From Asterias rubens (Eukaryota): a DNA stretch of 64,000 bases. Positions 1-13,149 of this stretch are shown piece by piece (the stretch's first letter is position 1; every line of letters begins with the position of its first letter). The notes beneath the pieces are model-generated. The model was not told where the DNA came from. It was given only the letters and a program-made list of their open reading frames with translations, and searched no databases. A program made the translations under genes and the position numbers. The stretch spans positions 1,116,001 through 1,180,000 of the forward strand of contig NC_047070.1 in NCBI RefSeq assembly GCF_902459465.1, written 5' to 3'.

Positions 1-213
1 CACAAATTAATGGGTGCTTTCAGATGCTTCAGACCTGAAGTCTTTTCTATTTGAGTGCGAAATATTACCTCTTTCTCAAAAACTACGTTACTTCAGAGGG
101 AGCCGTTTCTCACAATGTTTGCTACTGTCAACAGCTCTCCAATGCTCGTTACCAAGTAAGTTTTTATGCTAACAATTAATTGGGTAATTACCAATAGTGT
201 CCAGTGCCTTTAA
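1..213 (-). mobile_element. Kolobok-like MITE, family A (cut by the window edge)
   Basis: Ends in GTAATTACCAATAGTGTCCAGTGCCTTTAA, the inverted terminus seen in the copies at 25899, 42171, 42592 and 58545. Confidence 0.8.
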
Positions 214-3200
214 AAAGAATGGCGTAGTAAAAGCACGCATACCAATAAAATAAATTAAAGATTAATGAGAAAATATCATAAACTGAAATGAAGTGAATGA
301 TCGGTTTTAAACTTTTCCCCCATAGTTACCGCGCCGGGTGTCACCTTTTAAACTCTTCCAGATATATAGTATTTGACATCTTAATAATTATGTTCACTTT
401 AGAAGTAAAATAAAACCATATCAAGTTCGGGTAGAAGTATTTCATGCCTCGATATTGTACCCCCAACCACTGCCCTCCTGACTCTACACCTGCTTGTAAA
501 AATAATTTATTGATTAAGTTAGTATCGGCACCCACCAAACATTGCACTGGACCTGAACCATTTGAATCATCTCCCCTCAACCCAGTAACCTTTTAACACG
601 CGGCTGGAAATTGAAGACAAATAAAACTCCATGAAACCGAATATGTTGAGTTGATGTTAACCCGTTCATGATACTGGAGCGGACTAACTTTATGTTAGTT
701 GGTTTGAGTTGAAACATGTACCAGAGGCGACACTCAATCTTGCACCCCCCCCCCCTTAAACCAATTTAACCAAATCGAGGTTTGAAGGGCAAATTAGTCT
801 GGGCCCTTATTGGTAGACAATTGGTATTCTTGACTGCTTCTGTAGACAGAGAACGCGACATCCTCGTCAGATCCCCTATCGCAGCGATAGCCATCAAGGG
901 ACCAGACAGACTGCATCAACCAAGTATATAGTCAAACGATAGAATGAATGAGAAGAAAAGAAACATTGTAGATTTTCTCTTGAAAAAATGACTCAATTCC
1001 TTGAGTTTTTTGATAAGCAGTTAATACAAGTGGGATATAGGATCTGAGGTATTCCATGGTGAGTTATCAAAATACATTTGGTTTGCGGTAACACCATGTG
1101 CGTATCTATACTTGCCAGGTAGAGTTTGTTCTTATTTAGAGAACTGTCTTTCTTTATTCTAGAGTAGATTTAAGTGGGCTAGTTAAAGAAAAAACACTTG
1201 AGTTCCTGACGTCTCGTTGTATTTGTGCACATTGTTCTTAAATGCATATAAAGAGTGGATTGTGTCAAATCAAGAGTCACTTAGGTTTAATAGTCTTTAG
1301 GAATTAGTATAAGAGACAATTCCCAAACGATGCTTCAAAGACAAAAAAGTGGAGCGCAAAGATTTGGTTGGTTTGTAAGAATACGTCTTCGGTTGCTATA
1401 AATATAATTCGATTTCAATAGTCATATCCGTTCGCTCTTTACAGATATTTCTATGTACGTAAATCAAGCGGAGTATGGTTTGGTTTACAATCAAATATTA
1501 AACCGCAACCCACTCACATCCATCACAGTTGACAAAAATACTTACTGTATTCTTCAAACTCATGTCATTTATAAATTTCTTCAATAAAATGACCTCATAG
1601 AACTGTGGTGGTAATGATAATACAAACAAGTATTTTTATCGGAAAACGAATTTGAATTATGGACTATATTTTGCTAAATTTGGGGCTAGAACTGACCACC
1701 CTTTGAGGTGTTTCCATCTCGAATGATTAAAGCTGACTCGTTGAGGGGGAAGTGAAGAAAGAGGGGGAGTGGGGGACAATCGATCCCTCGATTTTCAAAT
1801 ATTCAAAACACAAACCGCGTGATAATTTGAAGAGTGCTTTTTCGTGCAAAGTTTTCTATAAAATACAAAGAAGATATGCCTTAGAGGCCAGTTGTGTGCA
1901 CAAACTTCGCCAGTCTACTTCAAACTCAGCTGCAATATGGCAAGCGGTGGAAATGGGGGAATCCCCACCCAGGTGTCGCCACTGCTTCTAAGACGTTGAA
2001 GTATTCCCGCCCCTATGGTATCTCATGGGTTGAAGATAAGGGCTGTCTGTGTATCCGTTTCAACCGAGGACATAAAGAGGATCTGGGCAGAAAACCAATG
2101 GGGACGTCGCTAAAAACAAACCAAAGTCCAAGCAATAATAATGGAGAAAAAAGTTCTCGATTTGCCGGATCGACAAAAATATGTCTTTCTTTCAATGTGC
2201 AAAGAACGCTTCAATACATGAAACGGTGTGGACTTATGTTATATTTTCATTAAAACTTTTTCCCCATTTTAGTTTAAACTGGGGGTTTTTTGTTTGTTTT
2301 GTAATCCTTCCTGTACAAATAAAATAATATAAGGGCTGCTCTTTATATACCTCAATCTGCATAAGTAATGCAACTTTAGAAAGTATTAATCAGTTTTATG
2401 GGTTCAGAATTGCACTTATGTAAAAACAAATTATCCATCTTTAAATCAATTAAACTATAGCTTTAAAAGCAGATGCATATATAGACATTGTTTTTCTTAT
2501 TTATTACAAAATGTATTGGGGGCGTCAGAATTCAGTCCAACATCAATGAACGGAAAGTTCTGAACTTTAAGAGGGGGGAAACACTAACTGATGTGTTTGT
2601 TTTTGTGTAATTCGTTTTCTAAATACTCCCTTCATCTCAAAAACTTTTTTCCGATTGACCTGAATGTCTTATACAGGTGCCAATTAAAACTACAGATCGA
2701 CTGAGGAAGTTACCATGTGAGAATAAATGAGCGAAATTAACACAAATGAAGGTGCCTCTCAGTATTAAAAATTAAACAAACTACAATATGACCAGGAAAA
2801 ACACAGAAAATACTTTTGATCCTATCAAAGGTGGGCCAACATTTGTTGAAACTTAATAACATCAGTAACCGAAAGGAACAAATACCAATGTTTTGATGGA
2901 GTGAAAATTTTCATTGGTTTCACCAATGCACAAATAGGGATATAAGGTACTGGAAATCATGCTCGTAATGTCCCTTTTCTCTGTAGTTATTTTAATATAT
3001 ATATATTTCACTAGTGCTGAACTTCACTGAAGGTCAACCCTATCCGATATTTAACCAAACACCTTAATTTGACATCTCCGACTTGTTACACTAAGACAAG
3101 ACAAACCCGTCCCATGGACGCGTCTGAAACTTCTTCAAGGTGTCAAGTTGCGTGCGAAAGCCTGCTGACATATCGGAAATTACACTTGAATCCTTGTGCC

Positions 3201-6200
3201 CCAAGCACTACCGTACACTTTGCGAAGCTGTCGTCGGAAGGGGTGGCCAGCCCGATATATCTGTCATTTTCACATGCAAGATCCAGTGCATTTTGGAATT
3301 ATGCTTTAAAAATTACCACCCGAGAAATGTAAATGGTTCAGCTTTTTAGACTATTGGGTGTTTTTGTATGTATACCCGAATCAGTCTTGAAACAATTTGT
3401 TTAGTTTTCAACAAAGTTTGTCATTTACAAGGCTGACACTGACGGGATACCAGTGTCTGGAATAATAAGCTCGCAGGTAAAGAACTAAACAAAAAAAGGT
3501 GTAGTTCATGAATGGTATAATAGATGTTAAATTCATGAATGGTGTTATTGCCTCAGATGATTTTGCTATCCTGTACGAAATTAACACCATTTATAACGGA
3601 GAGCAACACATGCATGGGTCTAGTGGTAACAACCACAGCAGTTTCCATGCTGCAGAATATGGCTTCTCTGGTGATAGAGTTACGTTTAATTTTTTGATTT
3701 ATCCTGTCTAATTTAATTTTGTCGACCGTATTATGAGAGAGTATAATCATTAAGTCCATAGCCTAAAATACAAACAAAAAAATAGAATACGAAATTTCTT
3801 TGCCCGCAACTGTTTTGTTGCGTCCCTTTGTTGTAAATAATGCTCACAAAAAGACACAACGCAGTTGGAATATGGTTGACAATAATTAGCAATATTTTCT
3901 TTCTGAAATTAACTGCATATTTTTGAAAAATTCGCGGACAGAAAATCAAATCAAAATCGCTTTCAAACTTTGGAAATTTGCTTTAAATTATGTTCACGAT
4001 AGAGTTGGAATGCGGTACATAATAAGCCCTATTCTTTCTCTCTGAAATGTTTTGCCGGCTTATGAAATATTCAGTAACGGACAGTGAATTAAATAAAATG
4101 CTTTAAATTTTCGTTTTACGAACAGCCTGCATGCTCTTCTACATTTCAGAATAGCACAACACAAGATTAAATCACAGTAGTTGTGGGGGACAGCGTTTCC
4201 AACAGCGACTCGATCTGTCCTCATTTCCCGGGACACATAACCATTACATTGGCAAATAAATTGAAGTCCACAGTGACGGTTCGTCATTTTGACGCGCTGC
4301 ATAGCCAGATACTGGGCATATTTCCCTTCCAAATTGTTTTGTGTTCTCTTGCATTTGGCGCATTAACGCCACTTCTGTGTAATCATCCATCACCAAGTTC
4401 AGTTTCAGAATAATGCTCAGCTATTATGTACTGTTTTCTTTCCATTTGTCGTTGTTTTCAACGTCCCTGTATAGTAAATAAAGGTTTATTTTTTGGGGGT
4501 CTTGCCATGCAGGCATCGCGACTACACACAGACACGACGGGCCCTGTCCAAGAGAGTATACACAAGGTGGAAATTGCGCGCCATATGGCCAGCGTTGGGT
4601 CCCCGACTCGCGGACTGCGCCAGGCGTAGAGTCAGTCGGCCAAGTCACAAGTGATAATTGATGGCGATCAGTTCTAGTGAAAAGAAACGGCATGATTGCA
4701 TTATGCCACGTTTGTTATTACCGTCGCGTGTCACTGAGTTCTATCCTATGAGCATCCTGACTAAACATAACCCTCAATATGCTAGGATTGAGGGAAAATC
4801 GTGTATATAGTTTCCCCGCATATAGGACCATCCCATCTAGCATCATCGGCATTTGAGATATCTACCTAATAATGATAACATTTGCCGATATTTTTTTTGT
4901 GGCTACCGGACAACCTAAAGCCCCTCACCCGTGCACTTGAGCCGATTCTCCCACCAAAGTCACCCACTGGGAACAACACAATCCTGGGTAACACTCGGGT
5001 GATTACCGCGCCATAAAGTGATTCTTCAGAACGGTAATCCGCAAGGTGGGGGAGGAGCAATGCGGCTTGCCCCATGAACAGTCGTTCGCGAAAGCACTTG
5101 AAAATTTAAAGTGCAATTTCAAGCAAGGTTGATTTGTTATCTTATGTCAATTAAGGGAGGCACGTCGGGTTTTTTCTTTCGGACAACAGTCTTTTCTGAG
5201 TCCACATGGTTCGTGTGTTATTTATATTCTGAGCTCAATACCCTCTTTGTGTACCAGCCATGCCCCTTAAATCTTGCATAACGATAAATAAGCTCTAAAT
5301 CGACAGATTGACAACAAATAGGTTCGCAAAACAATTAACTTGCAATTATTAAAAAATGCAAATTTTTGCCTAATTGAAAATGTTGTACATGCGAGAATGT
5401 TGGGCATCATTTTGGAGCAGAGTGTTGTGTGCTGTGTCTCATGGTTTGGGGCATGAGCTACCGGTGTTTTCCGTTGTATTTATGTTGTTATCATGCAACT
5501 GATTTATCTCGCAATGTTCCTGACTAGAGTCTGGCTTCTATTGGTAAATATTTCACCCAATGAAGTCCTTATGAAATTAACAGCAATGTTGTTATGTTTA
5601 GCCATAAGTCGTCACGCTCGCTTGACTTTGACAGAACAACAGTAATGTCTTCTCCGTTATGTTTTTACTTTTCAAGCATGCCTGCCCATCATGCCTAACC
5701 AATTTATCTGACTGAGTGCTTGAAGACAAGTAAAAGATACCCACAAATCTCGAGGTTAAGTGTTCAGTAGCCTGTCCAACACTTCCTCACCCTCTTGGGT
5801 CTACACGTCCTAACCGAAAGATAAAAGGCTTAATGGGCGGCCACGCCCCGGTCCATGCGCCCGGTATCCCCGCCACCTTGTACCCTCTCGTGAGCTCTAG
5901 CAACTTCAGCAGTGCAAGCTTCCCCCTGGTGAACAAAAGTGTTTGCTTTTAACGCTGTTAAGTGCTGACGATTATCATATGTATACAAGATGTGGGCAAG
6001 GACCTTTAGGGATAGAACGTCAAATCGGAGGGAAGGCTTGAGCTATGGTTCTGGCTCTGGTAATAAAACAAAACATTATTCCAATGAAATGGCTTCTGAA
6101 GAATGTGACGAATATGAAGGTGGTTCACGGGATGATTTTGTTCGGGGGAATACATTACAAGATGCTGTCCATTTTGCTGCATGAGCTGTGTGGGGTATAA

Positions 6201-9200
6201 TATTAAAAAGTGATTTTTGGAACACCCGTTCATTTTAAGCTCTATGTAAAAATAGTGAATATAAACATTATTGTATAAGACAACAGTCACCCATCGCCTT
6301 CAGGCTAATGTTGACATTGCGTTGTTGACCATTTCAGACTCAAACAAGCAAATATTTATGCAAAATTGAAAAACATTTATAAATCCCACCCATAGCAATA
6401 CAAGTATACAGTAGCCTAGGCCTGTAACATAAACTTTCTATCACATCAAAACACTAAGTCGCCGGTGTGCCTTTTGGTGTGTCAAGTTTGAAAGTTAGTT
6501 CACACGTGCTTAAAGGTAACGAAGATAAACTGGGAAGGCATCAATATACAAAATGATTGAATATATTTTAAATAAGCTTGTTTGTATTTACTATTATTCG
6601 GAATCAATGCAGACCTGGACTGTATTCAAACTTATCTGTAATTTATGTACGGTATAACTAGGCTGTGTGATTGATAAATAAAAGACAGAAAGAAAGAAAA
6701 CCTGCTCTGGTTTGAAATTGTCATATTAGGTGAGAGTGATGTTAGTTCGGCAATAAAAAAAGGTTTTGTCTGGCCGGACCATTTGGGGCATCTGGTGCCG
6801 GAAATTCGTAACGAGTTGACGGGTGTGATCACTAGCCGTGTCCCGCTAAAAAAGGGAGACTGAAAGGTCGAGTTTTCTTTTTCTAGAATATCCGCACATT
6901 TGTCAGAAACCCTTGAAAAGAATCAAATTGTATATCATTTCCATAATTGAGGATTTCGGGGGCTCACCGGTTGTCTTTTATCTGTTGCTGTTTTTAAATG
7001 TGTGTTTTTTCCCTTCACTTTCCAAACCCAGGATATGAGGGTCTATAGTTTGTTCCTAGTCGAATACCAATACCTGAAGACAGCAGCTAAATTGCTGCCC
7101 GCCGTGTCTTTGTTACATGCCCAGTGCCTTTAGAAGATGACCTAGCGAGTTTATAATGCACACGGCACGGCGGTACGGCGAGAGTACCGCCGCCGGCGCT
7201 GTGGCCCATCTGTCGGTTAAACCCGGCCCGATCTGCGTGGTGCTAAAAATGAGTCTCTCGTACTAAGTTCCTATATGTCATGATGGAAACTATTGGCGAC
7301 GGGACGGTGTTCATGGAAGCCTCAAATAAAATCACGATAGGATAAGGGAGAGGAAAAAACAATATCCTTGAAATAATAGTTGAGATTTTTAATTTTGGGA
7401 TAGGCCTATATAGCTTTGTCCGTCACACATCGCCCCGGTTTTACATGGAATAAATTAACAACACTTTTACAACGGTAAAATCCTGATTTCAGCATTAACA
7501 AGGACATTATCACCAATCTGGAAGTACATTCGTTTTTGGTTTTTGTTTTTGTTTTTTTGTGTGGGTTTTTTGAAGATCTGTATACAAGATACAAATGCGA
7601 TACGTTCACGAGAACTAAAACGAAACCTATTTTATAACATACCTTTTAATTTGCCATGCACCTTCTGCGTTTGGGCTGACATCCTGTTTTACCATGCCTT
7701 TTCGCGGAATAGAAACAAGAATACCAAAATCATGTTATGCCTACCCCGTAAGTTTATGTTCCCGGGAACTGGAGATCTTGAATTGAGTTGGAAGGATTAA
7801 GACGTAAGTCCATTTTCTTGACAACGAAGACTGTCAGGCTCTGGGTGTACAAATCATTAATAATCTGAATATTATAACAAAAAGGGTTGTAAAATAAGAA
7901 ATGATACTTATAGGACTTCTTTTAAAATGTTAGATGATATTTGGATTTGTTCGATTACACCTGTTTCATTATCCATACTTGTTGTTTTATCTCCCCCAAT
8001 ACGCAAAGACAACCAACAACTATAGACATGTATTCATTTAAACGTTAACACCACAGGTTTCCACAGACACGATTTACAATCGCACCAACCATCAGGGACG
8101 TCAGGACATCTATATAGCATTCCAACGTGAAAAGATAATTAAGACTATTTTGCAAGCGATATCAGTATATTCCCCACCATTATCCCCCCGTTAATTGGTG
8201 ACCAAGACGCACACGCTGCCACTCACAAAACGCCTTGGTAATTAGGCCCATTCGGTTTACGTAATAGCCACATGGGACACCATTTGATACGGCACACGTG
8301 GAATAGAAACGGTATCCAATTGTCCACAACAGATTGCCCCGCGACAGTCCACAACTTGTTAGAGTTTTTTTACCTCATTAAAACGCAAATTATCCAGTCA
8401 GGAATCAAAAAGTTGTTGTTGGCGATTGTCTAGCTATAGCGTGCTTGTTTTTTGTTTGATTTTTAATGAAAAAAAAAGAGTCAGATTAGACTGAAGCAGA
8501 AACTAATGATCTGTTTTTAGCCAAATTTAGAATAATTAGTTGCAACAAGTAGCAAGGTTTTTCAAGAATTGATTGTGGTCTGGAAAAGACAACTGGCAGC
8601 GAATTATCACAACGATTGGCGACGTTCGCTCCACTCTAAGATTTGTTGATATCGTAATTGTCGAAGTATTTTGATTGTATTGAATTTACCTGTAGGCCTT
8701 TGACAAATCTCAAGTCACCCAAAACACACACGCGTTTTGAATCTTTGTAATTATATCTGGCCATGTCTTTACTAAATTCACATCGTGACGGCAGTGTTGC
8801 TTCGTGCACTCATATTTGCTCGCTTTATAGTTTGTACTTGGTTCACAGTTTTACTTCTAGTACTTAAAAAGACAATCTCCATACACTGGTGCCCCAGTGA
8901 AGTTTCAAATTGGATCCCCTAATAAATAGGGCTATTCCATCAGTTTTTGTCGGTGATTGACTTGTTTAAAATCGATTTCATGAGTTATGTAAACATATTA
9001 TAGAACCAAAATATTTAGTGACTAATAATTATTGACTGTTTTTATGCTGAATACAACAGTGGAGGAACGAGAAGTGGTGGAAACAAAGGGGTTTTAGTCT
9101 TGTAGACGTCTTATCAAGAAGTGAGGCTTAAATCATAGAGCAATTGTCCTTGCTGTATATAAACGGTTTGAGTTTGTGATTGCTGTAGACCGCTATATTG

Positions 9201-12200
9201 GCAAAGTCATCCTCAGGTATAATTGTTCTCTGTATATTTAATCAAATTGTTCATGTTACATCATAGGAAAATAACCTATGCTCCTGACTGCTACCTTGGG
9301 GCAAGGTTCCGAAATTATATTCTTAATACCTGAGTTCAGAAGCGATGGTTATATTTCGACGATAATCAGACTGAAGTGATCAAAACACGCAGTGATACCA
9401 AATCACTCATTGCCGACTTCTGTCGCTGCCGACCCGGGTATAAGACAGCATCGTTAGTGAAGACGGTCCGTGGTTACATAAAGACACCAAGAAAGAAAAT
9501 AAGACAAGAGGAGAGAGGGAGAGAAAAAAGATTGCGGTGCGAGTAATTTTGGCGGTTTATTTGATCGTTCCTTCTAATCCCAAGACGAGAAACCAACACT
9601 GATGGGATTTTTCGCACACTCTTAAAGGTGCATTCGAACGACCATTATTCTTTCTTAAACCCCTGAACCCCGATCCATGCTGTCCCCGCAGGCATTCCTG
9701 TCGATTGACGTTGACAAATGACGTCATATCTCATTACTTACACTATAACACCACTGTTATAATTGCAAATATGAACATACGATGTATTGTTAATAGGAAT
9801 CCACTCGGCCTTTGCAGAAAAGTTTCAAGTTGCGAGTGCTCCTTTAAGCCCGGCCGGTGTGATTTATCCATCAGCACGTAATATGCTAAAGCGCGTTTTA
9901 ATTTCCCCATGGTAGCTGTTGGAACTCTTGCCGATGTGTTGTAAGGCGGTAATCTCAAAGCCGAAAATTAAACTTAAAAAGCTGATCACAACTATGTACA
10001 CCTTCATCCAAAAGTCTTTGCAAAAAAAAATCGTAAACAAAATTTCTTCCAATTGTGTGAAATCGCATTAGGAATTCTTAATAACCTTAATTATTTTTAT
10101 TGTCCTAATCTTTTTGTTATCGTCGTTTGCTTCTGTTGGTGTGTTTGAAGTTTATTGTGTTTTTGAGAAAACATTTCGACAAACCGCTTCTTTAGTTGTT
10201 CATCTCTATGACCCAAATCAAATCATCTTAAAAGGAAAATAATAAGATTGGTCAAATGTGAGTAACATGGCTGTCTCTTGGCGAACTGATCAATTTTAAA
10301 CATTCATGTATAAATATAAGCCTATTAAGACAATAACTACCACTGTGGGAAAACATAGGGCCTACTTATAAAACCACGCTGAATGGCAGCATCTCAAATT
10401 GTTTCTCCAGTATTAGTTTTTTATTTGTTTTTTATTTGTTGATGTTTTTTTCAACTCAAGTTGATAAAAGGTAAATGATGATCACTGTGTCAAAACGAAT
10501 GAAACTGGCCGTGTGTAATGCATCCAACGATCACTAATATCATAGACCCTATTTCCGATGTAAACTTCCCGGGCCTGGTGTTATTTCATCATCCGCCAAA
10601 AATGTGATTTCTCAGTTTTGGGGATTCATTCGTCATCAGGCATTACGCTCCATAACAAGAAGTAAATTCAATCTATTCAGTTAAAGAGACTGAGACTTTG
10701 GCAGATATTATTGTTCTGGTGTTTGTCTAGAAAATAAAAACATTAACAACTTTACATTGAAAACCAATTCGGTAATGACCTTTTTTATCAGATTTACAAC
10801 CTGTGGTATGTACAAAACGTGATTTTATTGATATAGCATGGAAACCTCGCATCCTATGAAGAAATCTAAATCAATCATCCAAGGCTGGTGGTACAAATTG
10901 ATTTAAAACATACAAAATTGTGTCCTTCGTTCGAACAAATCATCACATATCCTTCAAGGAAGTCTTCTAATAATAAGTTTCTCGGATCGCGCGGGGCATG
11001 GACAACTCTGACCCCTGCAAATAGAGAAGCGAGACAGAGGAGCGATACAACAGAGACCAGAGTCCCCGGGCAAGTTGGGTTCGATCACCCGTACACACAC
11101 CACGGCTAGAAAGCAATCACTCGCCATTCACCAACAGTCAATATTACTACGTGAAGCAGAGTCCACCAAGCTAGTTTTTGACTGCTATGACTCCGACCCC
11201 TAATAGCCCACGACACGGTCCGTTCTCCCCCGCAACATTTCTCTGTCTTTGCTGCTTTCCCTTTCCCCCTCACTCCTCAGTCGCTGCGGGCAAAATCAAC
11301 CAGCTGTTCCCTTTTTTAAACCGCCTTTTCTAGCCTATAAGCCACGAGTTTCCCCCGGAATCATACCCACCCACTCCCCGGCTCCCGACCGAGCGATACG
11401 GCAAGTCGCAAGCCGGCCGTGTGCCGTTGTTGCCCGTTCGCTCCATCATTTAACTTCAAAGACTCCGTAGACACATCTCCATGATGACTGGAGATATGTA
11501 GGAAACACGCCCGATTTAACCCCAGCCCTCAAACGGGGGAGGGAGGATGCTGAACTCGAGTATGTTTATTATAGTGTCGCGATGGGCCATGACTGGCTTG
11601 GCTACGGATGTGTGCTTTGCAAAGGAGGGGTGACCATGAAGAAGTTTCAACACTTCATCCGGTAACGTAGGAGGAGGAGGAGGATGCGGAGACTGCCTTG
11701 AGGAACAAGTCAAGATGAAGCCTATAGATATTTTCTTTTTACAAATCATAGTGGATGGGAACTGATGGAAACAAAAACAATCTATGCCTATACTTGTCCG
11801 TATTTCTCTGCCCGGGGTGTTCTTTCGATTGTTTGTATAAAATGTAATGTAATTGATAAATAAAATAAAGCCATTTCCACTATGACTATTTCAATGACAT
11901 TTTTGTGAAAATAAGTCAAAGCGGCTAATATTAAGATCTTAAACCAAAAACAATTTTACTATCATAATGTGATACAAGGTACAACCATTATAAAACATGA
12001 TACGTTGGTGAAGGGCTAACTATGGTATAACTTCTATTCAACCCATGTTTTGTCGAGCTGAAACCAGCCCAAATTCCCTCAGGTATACCACTTTATAACT
12101 GGTTTCCCACTAAATGTTACTTAGCGGATTAATGTTCTGCTGATCATGCAATTGGCTCAACCAGTATTTAAAGCGAAGGCATACGTTAGGTAATCACTCT

Positions 12201-13074
12201 CAGAGCCTTCGGTTAGAAGCCTATACAGCAGAGTTCGGTATTATAAAGCAGGTTTAAAAACATTTCACTTCGAAGTAATGTGGTTATGTAAAACAAGATA
12301 TCAGTTTTTATGGTTTATGGTTTATGGTTAATTTAAAATCATTCAAACATTCGCGGTCAAACGACCGAATTGCATTATGAATTTACAATTTTTAAAGACA
12401 TTCAAATCACACAAAATAAAAGATTAATTTAACATTCTTTACAAAAGGAGAAACATTGCCCGAGGGCATCAAAATTGGGTTGTAATTTGTTATTTTTTTT
12501 TAATACCCAGAAAATTGAACAAATTGTGTATTCCTTTCAAGGTTCTTCCAGCGTGGTCATTATTCGCTCCAGATTCGGCGTTATCTCAAAAACGCCACAA
12601 AAATGGACGCAACCTTTCGAAAAAGAATTTCTAAATGTTAGTTTTATTGTATACACCTATACATTTATATAGGATTAAAACAATTATAACGATTCCAAAA
12701 CCAAAAAGCATATTTAACTTTACTATCACTTCACTCAATCTCACATGCCCATTCTCAATCTGCCAGTGCATGTTTTTATTTATTTTATTGACAGAAAAGA
12801 ACATGTATGAAAGGGACTCGAACCTCACCTTCAAGAGAAATCCGAGACTGGGTGGGTTGGCATTCACGTCTACAAGTCATCGTTACTCAGCGAAAGTGAC
12901 GAAGGCCATATGGCAAAGGTAAATTGGCAAACACAATCAAGTTATTTGGATTCTAAACTTTTCATTTGAAGTAACTATTAGTTCTCTGTTGAGACGTATC
13001 CCCATACTTTTGTTTGGGCATTGGCCTGGTGACCAGTCTTTTTTATTTGTCTTTTTCTTCCACTATGTGCTTTT

Positions 13075-13149
13075 TAACATGTGTTCTGCGCCTTTGATAA
13101 TTTTGTATGTAAGTGGCGCAATATAAATTTCAAATATTATTATTATTAA
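13075..13149 (+). mobile_element. LINE/SINE 3' tail fragment
   Basis: GCGCCTTTGA...GTGGCGCAATATAAAT followed by (TAT)n, resembling the tails at 41447 and 59330. Confidence 0.5.

Noticed and set aside
1752-2253. Overlapping ORFs as a possible transposase remnant
   Set aside because: No recognisable catalytic motif, TIRs or second copy in the window.
9864-10052. Small ORF with a signal-peptide-like stretch (MKVYIVVISFLSLIFG...)
   Set aside because: T-rich DNA readily yields hydrophobic stretches, and there is no recognisable mature peptide or supporting gene structure.
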